Assembly: GCA_023334545.1 (NCBI GenBank)
Contig: JAADVB010000080.1
Span: 6,129 to 70,128 of the forward strand
DNA length: 64,000 bases
Direction: 5' to 3'
From: Salisapilia sapeloensis CBS 127946
Taxonomy: Eukaryota; Protista; Oomycota
The notes below the pieces were generated by a model, which did not search any database, had not been told where the DNA came from, and saw only the letters and a list, made by a program, of their open reading frames with translations. This document shows, in pieces, positions 12,758 through 23,512 of the stretch (position 1 is its first letter; each line of letters starts with the position of its first letter). A program made the translations under genes and the position numbers.

Positions 12758-15085
12758 CTAGGATTCATTGAGCCAACCTCGGACGCGAGCCCAGGTAGCT
12801 TCCTTATCTCGCTGCTTCTTTTGATCAAGCATTATTCTCTGCCATGCTTTGAATGCTCGATGTCGTTTCGATCGGTCGAACCGTATGCGAAGTTTCGAAA
12901 GCGCGTGTCGTTCGCGTAGCTGGATATCAGCATACAAGTTTCTCCAGCGTTTCCATGATATTTTGAGCGCACATGCTTTATGCAGTCGAACGACTTTTGA
13001 TTGAGCACTCAGCATCAATCCATGATGTAGAAACATCTTGCTAAAGACTTTGCGTCGTAAAACGTGGTGGAAATGCATATCTGCTACCCGTAATTTCTGT
13101 CTATGTGCCTCCTGTTTTACTTGGTATCTCCAGTCTACATATTGCAACCAGCAAGTCCACATACGATGCATTAGACGAAGGCTGCTCCACTTTGCAGCGT
13201 GCTTGAAGACGCGCCTAGATAGCTTCCACTCATCCTGCCAAGGCAAGAAACCATAATAGTATAGCAATCGACTCTGACTATGTTCTTTTGCCAATGCACA
13301 CTGTCGAGCAAAATTCTCCTGTCTCTCTGCTCTCTCCTTTGCAGCCATTTGCTTCTGGCGCTTGCGCTCCATCATCTTGGCCCGGTGCTGCAAATGCTCT
13401 TCGACTAGCCGAGACTCGCGATCCGCAACCTGCATCGCTAGACGCTCCCGTTTCTCCCGTTCAGCAATAGCATATTTTTGGTTGAGGGCTTCTCGACGCT
13501 GCTGCCGCTCACTCGCGCGTTTCTGCATAGCCAAGTACAGTGAGCTCTTTGGCGGTGGATACGGCTTGTCAGGCTTCTTAGAGGCTTTTATAGGATAATC
13601 AGTTTTTGGTTTTGTGACTTTAGTCGGTTGAATAGGTATCACTGGCTCTGCTTCCGTCTCTGCTTCAGCACTTGTCGGTAAAAGCTTAGTCATCGTAGGT
13701 GGAAGCTCTGCTTTTGCCTCCTCTTGGACACCGTCACTGTATCTCTCATATGTGGTAGCCGCTTCTTGCTTAGTCGGACAAGTTAGTCGTTCTAACAGGC
13801 TTTTCGCTTTCTTCAGTCGTTCTTCTGCTGTAACGGTTGTAGATTTCCATACTTTGTTCGCCTCGACAAATGCATGCCAACCATCAAAACACCGCCGTAC
13901 ACTTCTTATCCAGTAATAGTGAGTAGCTTTCTGAAATTGCTGTTTCTCCTCGACCAATTTGCAACGCACTCTTTCCATCTTTCGCTCCCTCTTCCAATCC
14001 AACATCACCTGCGCCCACCCATCCCACACTTTTTGATACAGACACCAAGCGTGAAACTTGATCGCACTTGCCATCTCTCGTTTTCCAATTTCCACTCTCC
14101 GTCTCCATGAGCCAAACACCAATCGCTTAAGCTTTCGAGTCAATCGAATTTCTTGTGCTTTCTGTTCAGATGATATTATCCGCTGGTTGTCATCACGAAG
14201 GCGCTTAAGCATTTGATCAAGTCTCATTTCTTCACGTTTACTCGTCAAAGACTCCTCAGCAGGCAAAGACTTTTTCGTCATTTTCTTTTCTATGTCCGAG
14301 CTGGCGATCATATTTTTGCTTGGCTTTGCATCACTACGTTGCTTCACGGCGTTGGATACAGCGACTGGCTTGATTGAGGCGGCATTTTTGGACTTAAACT
14401 TTTGATTCTTTCCCGCTTGAGTATTATTTGAATAGTTACTTTTGGAAATCTGGTTTGGTGGGACCACCTTGTTCGGTGCCTTGCTCTCGGCAAGCACTTG
14501 TCCACCTGACCTGTAAGTTTGTGTCTTTGGAACTGCCCACTGGATTTCTTTCTTGCTTCCCACCGTTTTAGCAGGACGGAATCGTTCAGAGCTTTGATTT
14601 GATCTTGATGGCCTCGGCCGTGCTACACCTTGATGCGATTTTGTTTTCAACTCTGACGTTCTTTTCGAGGGATGAAGAACTGTAGCCGTGGATGGTTGAC
14701 CTCTAGCTACATTTTGCTTGATAGCTTTTGCCTGCTTATCTACTTCGAATCGGGAGCGAACGATGTCGTGGGCTGCCTGGTACTGATTATCTTGTCGAGA
14801 TTTCTCCCTTGCTCCGTCATTTTCTGGTAGTTTATATCTTGGCAAAAACGCATTGGGCTTGCCCATTAATTCTGATGCGCATGCTCGACCAATATCGAGC
14901 TCTGGCTGCTCATCTTTTTCCATAGTCGATGTTAAGGTAAACAGTTGAGAACCTCTTGTATTTTCCTCGTCCGTGTTGTTATTATTCGAGCGGTTTGACC
15001 GAAAGCGAAGCTGCCACACGGACGGCTTCTCAGGCGAAAATGACTCAAATGAAGCATATCTACGATCTGTCCGCCGAGCATGCAT
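12758..15085 (-). CDS. CCDC191-like coiled-coil protein with Sfi1-like Trp-containing repeats
   Basis: Intronless ORF with repeated (A)xxH/Y...LxxxxFxxW units (AIKFHAWCLYQKVWDGW, ATHYYWIRSVRRCFDGW, AKEHSQSRLLYYYGFLPW) and a central MQKRASERQQRRE coil. Start placed at ATG 15085 because the longer ORF overlaps the neighbour's start. Confidence 0.65.
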   Translation of the reverse strand: MHARRTDRRYASFESFSPEKPSVWQLRFRSNRSNNNNTDEENTRGSQLFTLTSTMEKDEQPELDIGRACASELMGKPNAFLPRYKLPENDGAREKSRQDNQYQAAHDIVRSRFEVDKQAKAIKQNVARGQPSTATVLHPSKRTSELKTKSHQGVARPRPSRSNQSSERFRPAKTVGSKKEIQWAVPKTQTYRSGGQVLAESKAPNKVVPPNQISKSNYSNNTQAGKNQKFKSKNAASIKPVAVSNAVKQRSDAKPSKNMIASSDIEKKMTKKSLPAEESLTSKREEMRLDQMLKRLRDDNQRIISSEQKAQEIRLTRKLKRLVFGSWRRRVEIGKREMASAIKFHAWCLYQKVWDGWAQVMLDWKRERKMERVRCKLVEEKQQFQKATHYYWIRSVRRCFDGWHAFVEANKVWKSTTVTAEERLKKAKSLLERLTCPTKQEAATTYERYSDGVQEEAKAELPPTMTKLLPTSAEAETEAEPVIPIQPTKVTKPKTDYPIKASKKPDKPYPPPKSSLYLAMQKRASERQQRREALNQKYAIAEREKRERLAMQVADRESRLVEEHLQHRAKMMERKRQKQMAAKERAERQENFARQCALAKEHSQSRLLYYYGFLPWQDEWKLSRRVFKHAAKWSSLRLMHRMWTCWLQYVDWRYQVKQEAHRQKLRVADMHFHHVLRRKVFSKMFLHHGLMLSAQSKVVRLHKACALKISWKRWRNLYADIQLRERHALSKLRIRFDRSKRHRAFKAWQRIMLDQKKQRDKEATWARVRGWLNES

Positions 15086-15171
15086 GGCGTCGTAAATCAA
15101 TACACAAGAGAAACTTAGAGGACTAAAATAGAAATCAAAAAGTATGAACTTTAGCACTTGTACCATTGGAA

Positions 15172-16230
15172 ATGTTTGCGAAAGAGAATTTAGTGACTTT
15201 CTTGGCATTTGCGGGATGCTATAGTATCGTGCGGTTTACCTACAGTCCAAGATACCATATTTGCACATTTGATAATATAGTTATTCCATGTAGATTCAGG
15301 CGATGCTGTTGATTATCCTAGGAGCGATTTTAACGGGTAACGAGCATTACCATCAACTTTTCGGACTCACGATCAAGCACACCGGGGGAGGCCTGATAGT
15401 TACAGGAGTTGTCTACTTCTTGGTGGCTGGGCTTGGATTATGCACTGCCAGAACTCAAAACAAGTTCCTTCTTCTAGTGGTAGCATCTACATTAAGATTG
15501 GTTTTTCGTTCGCTTACCTACGTCAATGTCTATTTAATAGCAAGTGGTCATTCTCGGCGTCATTGTCTTCCTGCAAGCTTTGCTTGGCACCGTAGGATTG
15601 ACGGCAACGTACGCCCCAATTTCCTTTCAACAACAACTCTCGTGCACGACAGTGGGTTTATATAACGTCATGTCTGAAGAAGAGCGGAAAACTTGTGATG
15701 ACTTTGAGAGAAGTGACATGTTTGCCGGGACAACTTTGGTCTGGCATTCCTATTTCCTGAACAGCATGGACGCTGGGCCTGATCGAGCAATGGTCTTAAA
15801 CTTTGAGGCGGAGAACTTTTGCTGTGGCAATGGTTTGCCGCTTCATTGTGTTACCGACCTCCGTTCATTTCCATCATCCCACCTTACAACTGACATCATC
15901 TACGACATGAGACAACCATGCTCAACTGAAAGTAAATCCTATTATTTGCCATCGGAAGAATGCAATGAAAAAGGATACTGTGTGTATGACCTTCCAAGAG
16001 GAATCTGTGGTGACTACCCAGTTACGTCAACCACGAGAGGATGCAGCAGTTTTATATATTCAACGTTATCGTATCAAGTGTCTGTAATGGCCATACTGGT
16101 TCTCGTCCTACTACTTTTCCCGGCTACTTTCATTCTTATTTCTCTGTGTCTGTGCTACAAGCGTCGGGACCAAGACGTCGTGCCTACTATCGACTTTGCA
16201 AGCAAAGTCAAAATCTTTTCAGACGGATAA
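15172..16230 (+). CDS. Tetraspanin-family membrane protein, 3 exons
   Basis: Four hydrophobic segments; large second loop with the CCG motif (ENFCCGNG) and multiple Cys. First exon MFAKENLVTFLAFAGCYSI starts at ATG 15172. Confidence 0.75.
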
Positions 16231-16298
16231 CTTCGACAATGCCGAAGGCTTCTTCCAACTGGGTCAGATTTCACGACAAAGCTCGTCAGATCTCACTA

Positions 16299-18068
16299 CT
16301 ACGACGACAAGTTGGCCCATGCCTCATTTGCCTCTCCGCTCTTTTTAGCGTCAGCATTTTGGGCTGTCCTTCTTTGTGAAGCTTTAGTAGTCACCCTTCC
16401 AACAATACGTCGAGCTTCGTCCAGTCTTGTGATAATCAAATAGCAAGCTTGGCATACTGTGACCATTTCGTAGTGATTTCTCACATTGCTTCGGCCTATT
16501 TCACCTATCGGAAGAGCAACGAGTTGAGAACGAGCCGGATGCGAAAACATTAAAACAAATATATGGAAATGGTCGTTACCAAAATACTCGGATTGCGGGT
16601 TCCACAGTGTACTCTGCAACGTTCGGATACGTTGGTCCAGAAGAAGGTCAAACATATCTTTTGACTGTGCATCTGAATGCGACAGAGCAAAAGTTTGATC
16701 AAGTGCCGCTGCGTTTCGCGTTCCAAATTCCTCCAAAAATCTAGATTCTTCATTCGAGAGACGTAGCGATCGACGGGTAACTTGATGTAGAGCTAAAGTG
16801 CAATCCAAACGTTTAATTGCATTCGCTCCTACTAGCAACCGTTGCCACTGACAAAAAGACCCATTTGTGCATTTATTTCGACCGGGGCAAGTGGTAGAGC
16901 TCTGGAAACATAACAAGACAGTAATCGCATTAGAATAGCAATATTGACAAAATCTCTATGAATATTACCTTTCGAGTAGCAACTGGTGCCGATGCTGGGC
17001 GCTTAGTTTGGCTCTGCATGTCAGAACTAAAGACAATACCATTCATTCTTTGAAGTACCAATCGGGCAGTTGGAGTGCTCTTAAACTCAACAGTAAGCGC
17101 CCGAATCTGCGTTCGAAATCCTTTTTCAAGTTCCGAAATGATAGATCGAAGGATTTGAGAAGTCATCCTTTCTAAGTTATAAGCAACTTCTTCGGAGGCT
17201 TTCTTACGTGACAACCATCGTCGGTGATTCACCGAGTACTTACTCGGCGGCTTTTCGGAAAGTGCCTCGTCATTCGATTCTGGATTGATTGGGAGCATTC
17301 GTATACCCATGAGCGCGTTGTACTTGAGAACTACACTAGAATCATACTGCGATCGAATGATGGAACATGTAGGTTGGCAAATAGCGGGCATAAGCAAGAA
17401 AGTTTGCAGCCAGAAATCTTTGTCGTGAATAGACACATCCATATCGGTCCTTAGTAATTTCCGACGCTTCATTGCTCCATTCTGGTCGACCTTAATATCA
17501 CGTCGCTTATCTGAGTAAAATATTGTAGTTTGGTATGCGTAGTAAGTCTACTTACGTAGTATATAGTTGCTACGTAGCCATCCTTTCGCTTGTCATCTGA
17601 TCTGTTTGACAAATATTTTCTTATACCATCTTCTGTGTAGCTCCTTGAAGGTTTTCGGCAGACCTCCTATCTCACATAGCAATGAAATCTAGGTTGAAAG
17701 CGCAAGCAATATCTCGCAAAGTAGTTACTCCCGTTTTAATAGATGAATAGTACCATTCTTTTACTCTTCCTTTTTCCATAACGATCACATCTCCAATATC
17801 AACCTTCGATCTGTTCATTAAATCGTTTGAATGATGATAGTTAGCCTTGACTATTAGTATTGAATCCGCACCTTCGCGCATTCAAGGTTTCATACACGCT
17901 TCAATGACCACATTAGACATCTCATAAATATTTGTGAATCCAAATCATTGCGTACTAAAGCCATCTTCGTATTTGCAGTTCTGTATTCTCAGCAATTTGC
18001 AAGGCAAGATCTTCTCCGCGCAAATTGCCATCAAGATGACCGCTTCCAAACACCTCGTGACGTTTCAT
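16299..18068 (-). CDS. Hypothetical multi-exon protein
   Basis: ORFs 16930-17472 and 16299-16916 join in phase 0 through a GTAATA...TTCCAG intron. Further small upstream exons to ATG 18068 (MKRHEVFGSGHLDG...) are tentative. Confidence 0.5.
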
Positions 18069-18170
18069 AATCTGAATCTGAATCAACAAAAATATCTCGT
18101 GCATTCCACTTTTATTTTTAGTCTCCTCCAAGAAAGCTTTTGTCTAGCATCATCCTTTCTGTACCCAAAA

Positions 18171-19096
18171 ATGATCTTTCAAGCATCTAGTCAAGCGCTC
18201 ATGTTAGCTTTTCTCCCGTGATCTCTGCTATTGACTGTCTCTCGTAACTCATACCTGGATCTATGTAGGTACTATGGGATTACGGCGAGAGCGTATCGCT
18301 CCCTCCAGCTCATATCTGGACCAGAAAAGGCGATAACCCTGGACAATCTTCGACCTATGCTGGAAATTTGGTGCGTCATATATCTTTTCGAATGATGAAT
18401 TCATTTCGAGTAACTCCAACTAGGCTTGTACTAGCTCTGACCATTCTTTACGAATCCTATTTTGAGTTTGCTGTGTCATGGTGCGTATTGCTGCCTTAAG
18501 ATCGGCCGATTATCCTCTATTAGAAGCTCGAATGACTATTCAAACGGACACCTGATAGGTTTCCGCTGTACTATTTGGGCAAGCTATTCTTCTTGGCATC
18601 ACTGCTCTTCCCGCAATCCGTCGTACGTAATCAAAATATTTCTACTCATGATGTCGCTACAGGGTCGAATCATTTTGAATGAACGTGTAGTTTCCTCACG
18701 TGCTCTATGAAAATCTTGCGATGCCTGTTATTCTCGCACTCAAAGAGCAATTTGACATGAAGTTGCTACCAGCGCTCGAAAAGTTGCTCATCACGTAATT
18801 AGATTTTCTTTTTTAACCTTACGATTATGTTCTAACCGAGTTTTTAATCTTTTAAGGCATGCTTATTGGCTTTACGAGTCTGTCATGCATCGGTCGCTCG
18901 AACTCATGACCGACGAAGAGCTGTGTGACCTTCAGAAAGGATTAGAAACAAGGTTGGCTAGTATCGAGGTATGTAAACGATTTATCTTTATTTTTTAACA
19001 CGAAGCTGTCATTTGAACGCGTCCATTATATAGGAAGAGATGGTGAAGCGCGAGCACATCAGCAAAGTGAAAACATTGATGGGTGATGTGGAGTAG
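18171..19096 (+). CDS. TB2/DP1/HVA22 (REEP/Yop1-like) membrane protein, multi-exon
   Basis: Short exons splice to MLAFLPYYGITARAYRSLQ...MLEIWLVLALTILYESYFEFAVSWFPLYYLGKLFFLASLLFP, which fits the HVA22 W..F...E.F.....W.P.YY..K pattern. C-terminal exons end in GDVE*. Not in the ORF track because the exons are short. Confidence 0.7.
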
Positions 19097-21024
19097 GACG
19101 AGCGTAGCATTCAAATAATCATGTGAATCCGCATGATAGCAATATTTTCACTTAAAAGGCCGAATCTCTTGCTTCATTCTGTTATAGCTTTTACTGCACC
19201 AACTTATGACGAGTGAAGCACTCCAGAGATCATTACGGATAGTTTTAAGACTAACATCGAAACAAGCTACTTAGATACCACGGAAGTAGATAAAAGTCAA
19301 TTAACATACTTGCGGTGCACTTCTACAATGTACGTATTGGTAGGAAGCAAATGGACATATTCATGCTAGGACATGTATAATTGAATGGGTTATCAAAGAG
19401 TGTTGCGACAGAAAGTTTGTGAAAGAGGGTATCAAACGGAAAATGTTGTCTTCTCTTATATATATCGCTTTAAAATCTACAATACTCATCGGAAATTTTA
19501 GGTTACTAGAATCGACCAGCAAGTCGTAAGCATGAGGTAGCTCATGCATATGCGTTCACAGATATTAATTTTGATCCAACCCCAAGAAGAACAATTTGCC
19601 GAAATGGTAGTGAATAGACTCGAGTAACTTGCATGCACACGTTGAATCGGACATTATGCATATCAGTGCATTTTTGTCCAAGAAGAAGTGCGATGCTGGC
19701 TGACACAAACCGTCTTTCCAACTGCTACGATAGAGTAAGATGCGAATCCTTCCGTTGGCCAATATACAGCAGACGCTAAAGCTGGAGTTTTCCTGTACAA
19801 ACGAAAAGTCGGTTGTTTACGATACAAGTATGAAGTTGTAGGCAACTCGTATGTATGTGATACTCGTTTCCCTCGTACATGCGAAAGTTTGTAAGATTAC
19901 TGTCCTTCAGACCAGATCCATCTCCCTATATGAGGCCAAGCCGGCTTCTGTATAATTCTGTTAGGCATCACTACCCTGAAGAGTCACAAATCGGTCGAGA
20001 CGTTTTGGGTAGTTGCTAGTGTTTCTCGCAAGAACTTCAACAGCTTAATGTTGACTGCTCACTCAACTGCGGTTATATACGCAAGTGTATGACCCGGCAA
20101 GTAGGTTACCACAAGTCTTGCTTGCCAATAACAGGTTATTAATCGAAATTTGTTGGCTCGTCTAATATTGAGATGGAAGTGGCTTTAGCACTCCTTTGGA
20201 CATTTGCTCAATAGCTAGATACATATAGATCGATCCGAGTTGTCTTGAAGCCAAGGTTACCACATCAAATGGAATAATCGCGGATAAAAATTTTGGTCTT
20301 GGAGTAACTCATCGGACTTGCGACGGCTATTTGCACACGTAATACAACGAACATTTACGGCGCTTCATCACTCACAGTCGTGCTTCCCGCGAGATCCGTG
20401 ACTTTTGTCGTTTCGTTGGTCTGGGCGCCTGCCTAGCCAAGATTGGAACTTTCAAAGTTTAGTATACGTAAATGGAAAGTATCGTCTGCCAGAAGATCTT
20501 GCTCGACGGCCCGTGCATCATCCTTCTTGGATTAGCTGATTTATAGAGTGGATATCTTGCTTCCGAACCCCGGCGTAGTACAGCTCGAAAATTTCTGACC
20601 ATGGAGATTTTTGGATGTAAAATCAAAGCTGAGATCACCAGATTTATATTAGGCTCTCTGTCGTCCTCGACAAGATCAAGTAGGTTGTCATAGGGCATAT
20701 TGACACAGCTATATTAAAAGGGACATTGAATTAGCATGGAAGCCAAACTGAATTGTCAACGGTCTTGCGCTAAGCTTTGAATTTATAAAAGATTATAAAT
20801 CAACAATAAGTATCCAAACACGATCGGATTATCTATATTCATTGATAACTTCTTTAGGGGTATCTTCTCTTCAATCAGCGTCTAAGACTTGCTGCTCTGC
20901 AATATTGATATCACCACCTCCCAAAGCAAAACAATAAGCTTTCAAGTCTTACACAACCACTCAAACACATACAAGTGTGGTTGATCAAGCAGTTTATCCA
21001 TTTCAAAACTTTTTCCTAGCCTAC

Positions 21025-23259
21025 CTATCGTCGATGACTTTGCGAACGGAAGTTATTAAAGAACTGGAGCATCTTGTCATCGATTTGGGGTTGGACATTG
21101 CCGATGGCTGCTTCAAAATGTCTCGCAGCGACCTCATTGGCATTTTCTGGGTCCTCTTCCATCGCCGCCATGGCAGCTTCACGACAGACCGCATAGAGCT
21201 CTGCACCAGAGTAAAGATTGGTTTTCATCGCGACTTGGTTCATATCGACATCCTTCGCCAACGGCATTTTCTTGCAGTGGATTGACAAGATCTCACGTCT
21301 AGCTTCTTCATCCGGTGGTCCAACGTACAGTACTCGGTCGATTCTTCCTGGTCGCATCAACGCATCGTCAATCAGATCCGGACGGTTGGTCGCAGCCACC
21401 ACCAGCACTTGCTTCAGCGGTTGTATACCGTCCAACTCGGTCAGCAGTTGACTCAAGACACGATCCGCTACTTGAGAGCTTCCAGAGCTCCCTCGCTGCG
21501 ACGCAATGGCATCGATTTCATCAAAGAAGACGACTGTTGGAGCTGCCGACCGGGCTTTCCGGAATAACTCCCGCACCGTGCGTTCAGACTCGCCTACCCA
21601 CTTACTAAAGAGCTCAGGTCCTTTAACTGCGACAAAGTTCATAGAGCTCTCAGTCGCCAACGCCTTAGCTGTCAGTGTCTTAGAGCAGCCAGGAGGTCCG
21701 TACAAGAGCACTCCTTTCGGAGGCCGGATGCCCATGCGTACAAAGGCTTCTGGATGCTGCAGTGGCCACTCCACTGCCTCCTTTAGCTGCTGCTTGAGGA
21801 AGGACTGACCTCCAATGTCTTTCCAAAGGACATGTGGGACACTCACAGCGATTTCTCTCAATGCACTTGGTTGGATCCCAATCATTGCTTTCTTGAGGTC
21901 GGCTTCTTCCACTATAAAACTTTTCTCTTCTGCTTCGATAGGATCGTCCATGCCAGCACTCGAGCGATGGAGCGCCAAGAGCGCTGCTTCCTTACACAAA
22001 GCTTCTAAATCCGCTCCAACAAAGCCATGAGCATCATTACTGAGCTTATTTAACCCTTCAGACGAGATGGAGTGAGGGATTCGATCGAGAAGGATGCGGA
22101 GAACCTCCTTTCGATCGTCTGCGTTAGGGACTGCAATCTCCACTTCACGATCGAACCGACCAGGACGCCTGACGGCCGGGTCTAATGCGTTCGGACGGTT
22201 CGTAGCAGCTAGAACAACTACGCCTGAAGCTTGTTGTAATCCATCGAGCAGCGTCAAGAGCGTCGCAACTAGACGCTTCTCCATTTCACCCACTCGAGCA
22301 TCTCGCTTTGGACATAAAGCATCGATTTCATCGATAAAGACAAGCGACGGAGCCTTCTGCGCTGCTTGTGTGAAAACTCGTCGGAGATTCGCCTCACTTT
22401 CGCCAACGTACTTGCTCACGAGCTCTGGGCCGTTGACGAGAAAGATTTCCGCTTGGAGTTCACTCGCGAGGCTGCGAGCAATCAGAGTCTTGCCTGTACC
22501 AGGTGGACCGAAGAGTAGTACTCCCTTTGGTGGGGGCAAGGCATATTGCGCAAAGACCTCTGGGTTGGTCAGCGGTTGCTCTAGAATCTGTCGGATCGTA
22601 TCAATCTCCTTGTGGAGACCGCCGACAGCCTTCAGTCCTGAGGCTTTTGTAGGTTCACTGTTTTGCTCATCTAGGACAATCTCGGGGTTATACTCGACGG
22701 ACAGCGAAGTCTTGGTATCAACACGGTAGATGCTTTGACGAGTATCCGTCGAATCGTGCACACCGGATACGCTGTCGACCGAAAAAACTTTCTCGCGACC
22801 ACGCAACGGAATAGAGATCCTAGCATCAGTGTGAATCATGACGCCATCCAACATGACTTGGATACATTGTTGTAGTCGCTTGCGCTCCGTTTCTGATAAT
22901 TGGATGGACCCGACGGATCGGAGTGTCACGTGCGTGGCGATTCGCTTGGCGATCCACGATCGACTAGCTTCCTGCAAGGTCTGGATGGCCACTTGACCAA
23001 ATTGAGCGCAATGCGCTTCCCACACCCGACTGATCGCAAGCTGTTGTCTCTTAAGACTGTCCATTGGCCATACGATCCCACAGAAGACGAGCTGTCTTCC
23101 GCCCTCGCGCGTCTTGACATACAGCACGATGGGTGTGCCTGCCGCGATGCCCAACGCCGCCAGCTCCTGCGGACACACATATACCTTGCTCTGGCCTTGC
23201 GCCGAGCGACTGCCTGCGCGGACGAACTGTACGGCGAACGATCGATGATCAATCGTCAT
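21025..23259 (-). CDS. SPATA5: AFG2/SPATA5 (Drg1)-like double AAA+ ATPase, ribosome biogenesis
   Basis: Two AAA modules: [14 protein letters not shown] and GPPGCSKT/FFDEID. The GCSKT D2 Walker A is typical of Afg2/SPATA5. Intronless; start placed at MTIDH. Confidence 0.85.
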   Translation of the reverse strand: MTIDHRSFAVQFVRAGSRSAQGQSKVYVCPQELAALGIAAGTPIVLYVKTREGGRQLVFCGIVWPMDSLKRQQLAISRVWEAHCAQFGQVAIQTLQEASRSWIAKRIATHVTLRSVGSIQLSETERKRLQQCIQVMLDGVMIHTDARISIPLRGREKVFSVDSVSGVHDSTDTRQSIYRVDTKTSLSVEYNPEIVLDEQNSEPTKASGLKAVGGLHKEIDTIRQILEQPLTNPEVFAQYALPPPKGVLLFGPPGTGKTLIARSLASELQAEIFLVNGPELVSKYVGESEANLRRVFTQAAQKAPSLVFIDEIDALCPKRDARVGEMEKRLVATLLTLLDGLQQASGVVVLAATNRPNALDPAVRRPGRFDREVEIAVPNADDRKEVLRILLDRIPHSISSEGLNKLSNDAHGFVGADLEALCKEAALLALHRSSAGMDDPIEAEEKSFIVEEADLKKAMIGIQPSALREIAVSVPHVLWKDIGGQSFLKQQLKEAVEWPLQHPEAFVRMGIRPPKGVLLYGPPGCSKTLTAKALATESSMNFVAVKGPELFSKWVGESERTVRELFRKARSAAPTVVFFDEIDAIASQRGSSGSSQVADRVLSQLLTELDGIQPLKQVLVVAATNRPDLIDDALMRPGRIDRVLYVGPPDEEARREILSIHCKKMPLAKDVDMNQVAMKTNLYSGAELYAVCREAAMAAMEEDPENANEVAARHFEAAIGNVQPQIDDKMLQFFNNFRSQSHRR

Positions 23260-23512
23260 GGGTGATCGAGTGAGTAACAAGTTGACTTGCTTCAGCCGGT
23301 TTTATTCGAACGCCTCCTTTCCGTGTTGTATGCTCTCTCGCACTTTGATTTTACGTCCGATTCGACAGTGTTCAGCAAAGGGGGATGTGCAGTTAAAGAC
23401 ACCCGAAAAAATCGAATTTTCTTACGACGTATTTTCCACTTCTTGTACCACCATCCACTATTGCGAATAGGAGTTCCATCTCCTCATTTTCGTTCGTGGA
23501 AGACAGCACAGC

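Noticed and set aside
15086-15208. N-terminal extension of the 816-aa ORF (MPRKSLNSL...)
   Set aside because: It overlaps the first exon of the divergent tetraspanin and reads like promoter sequence; ATG 15085 is the more plausible start.
22094-23265. Plus-strand ORFs within the SPATA5-like gene
   Set aside because: Antisense shadows with no independent coding signal.
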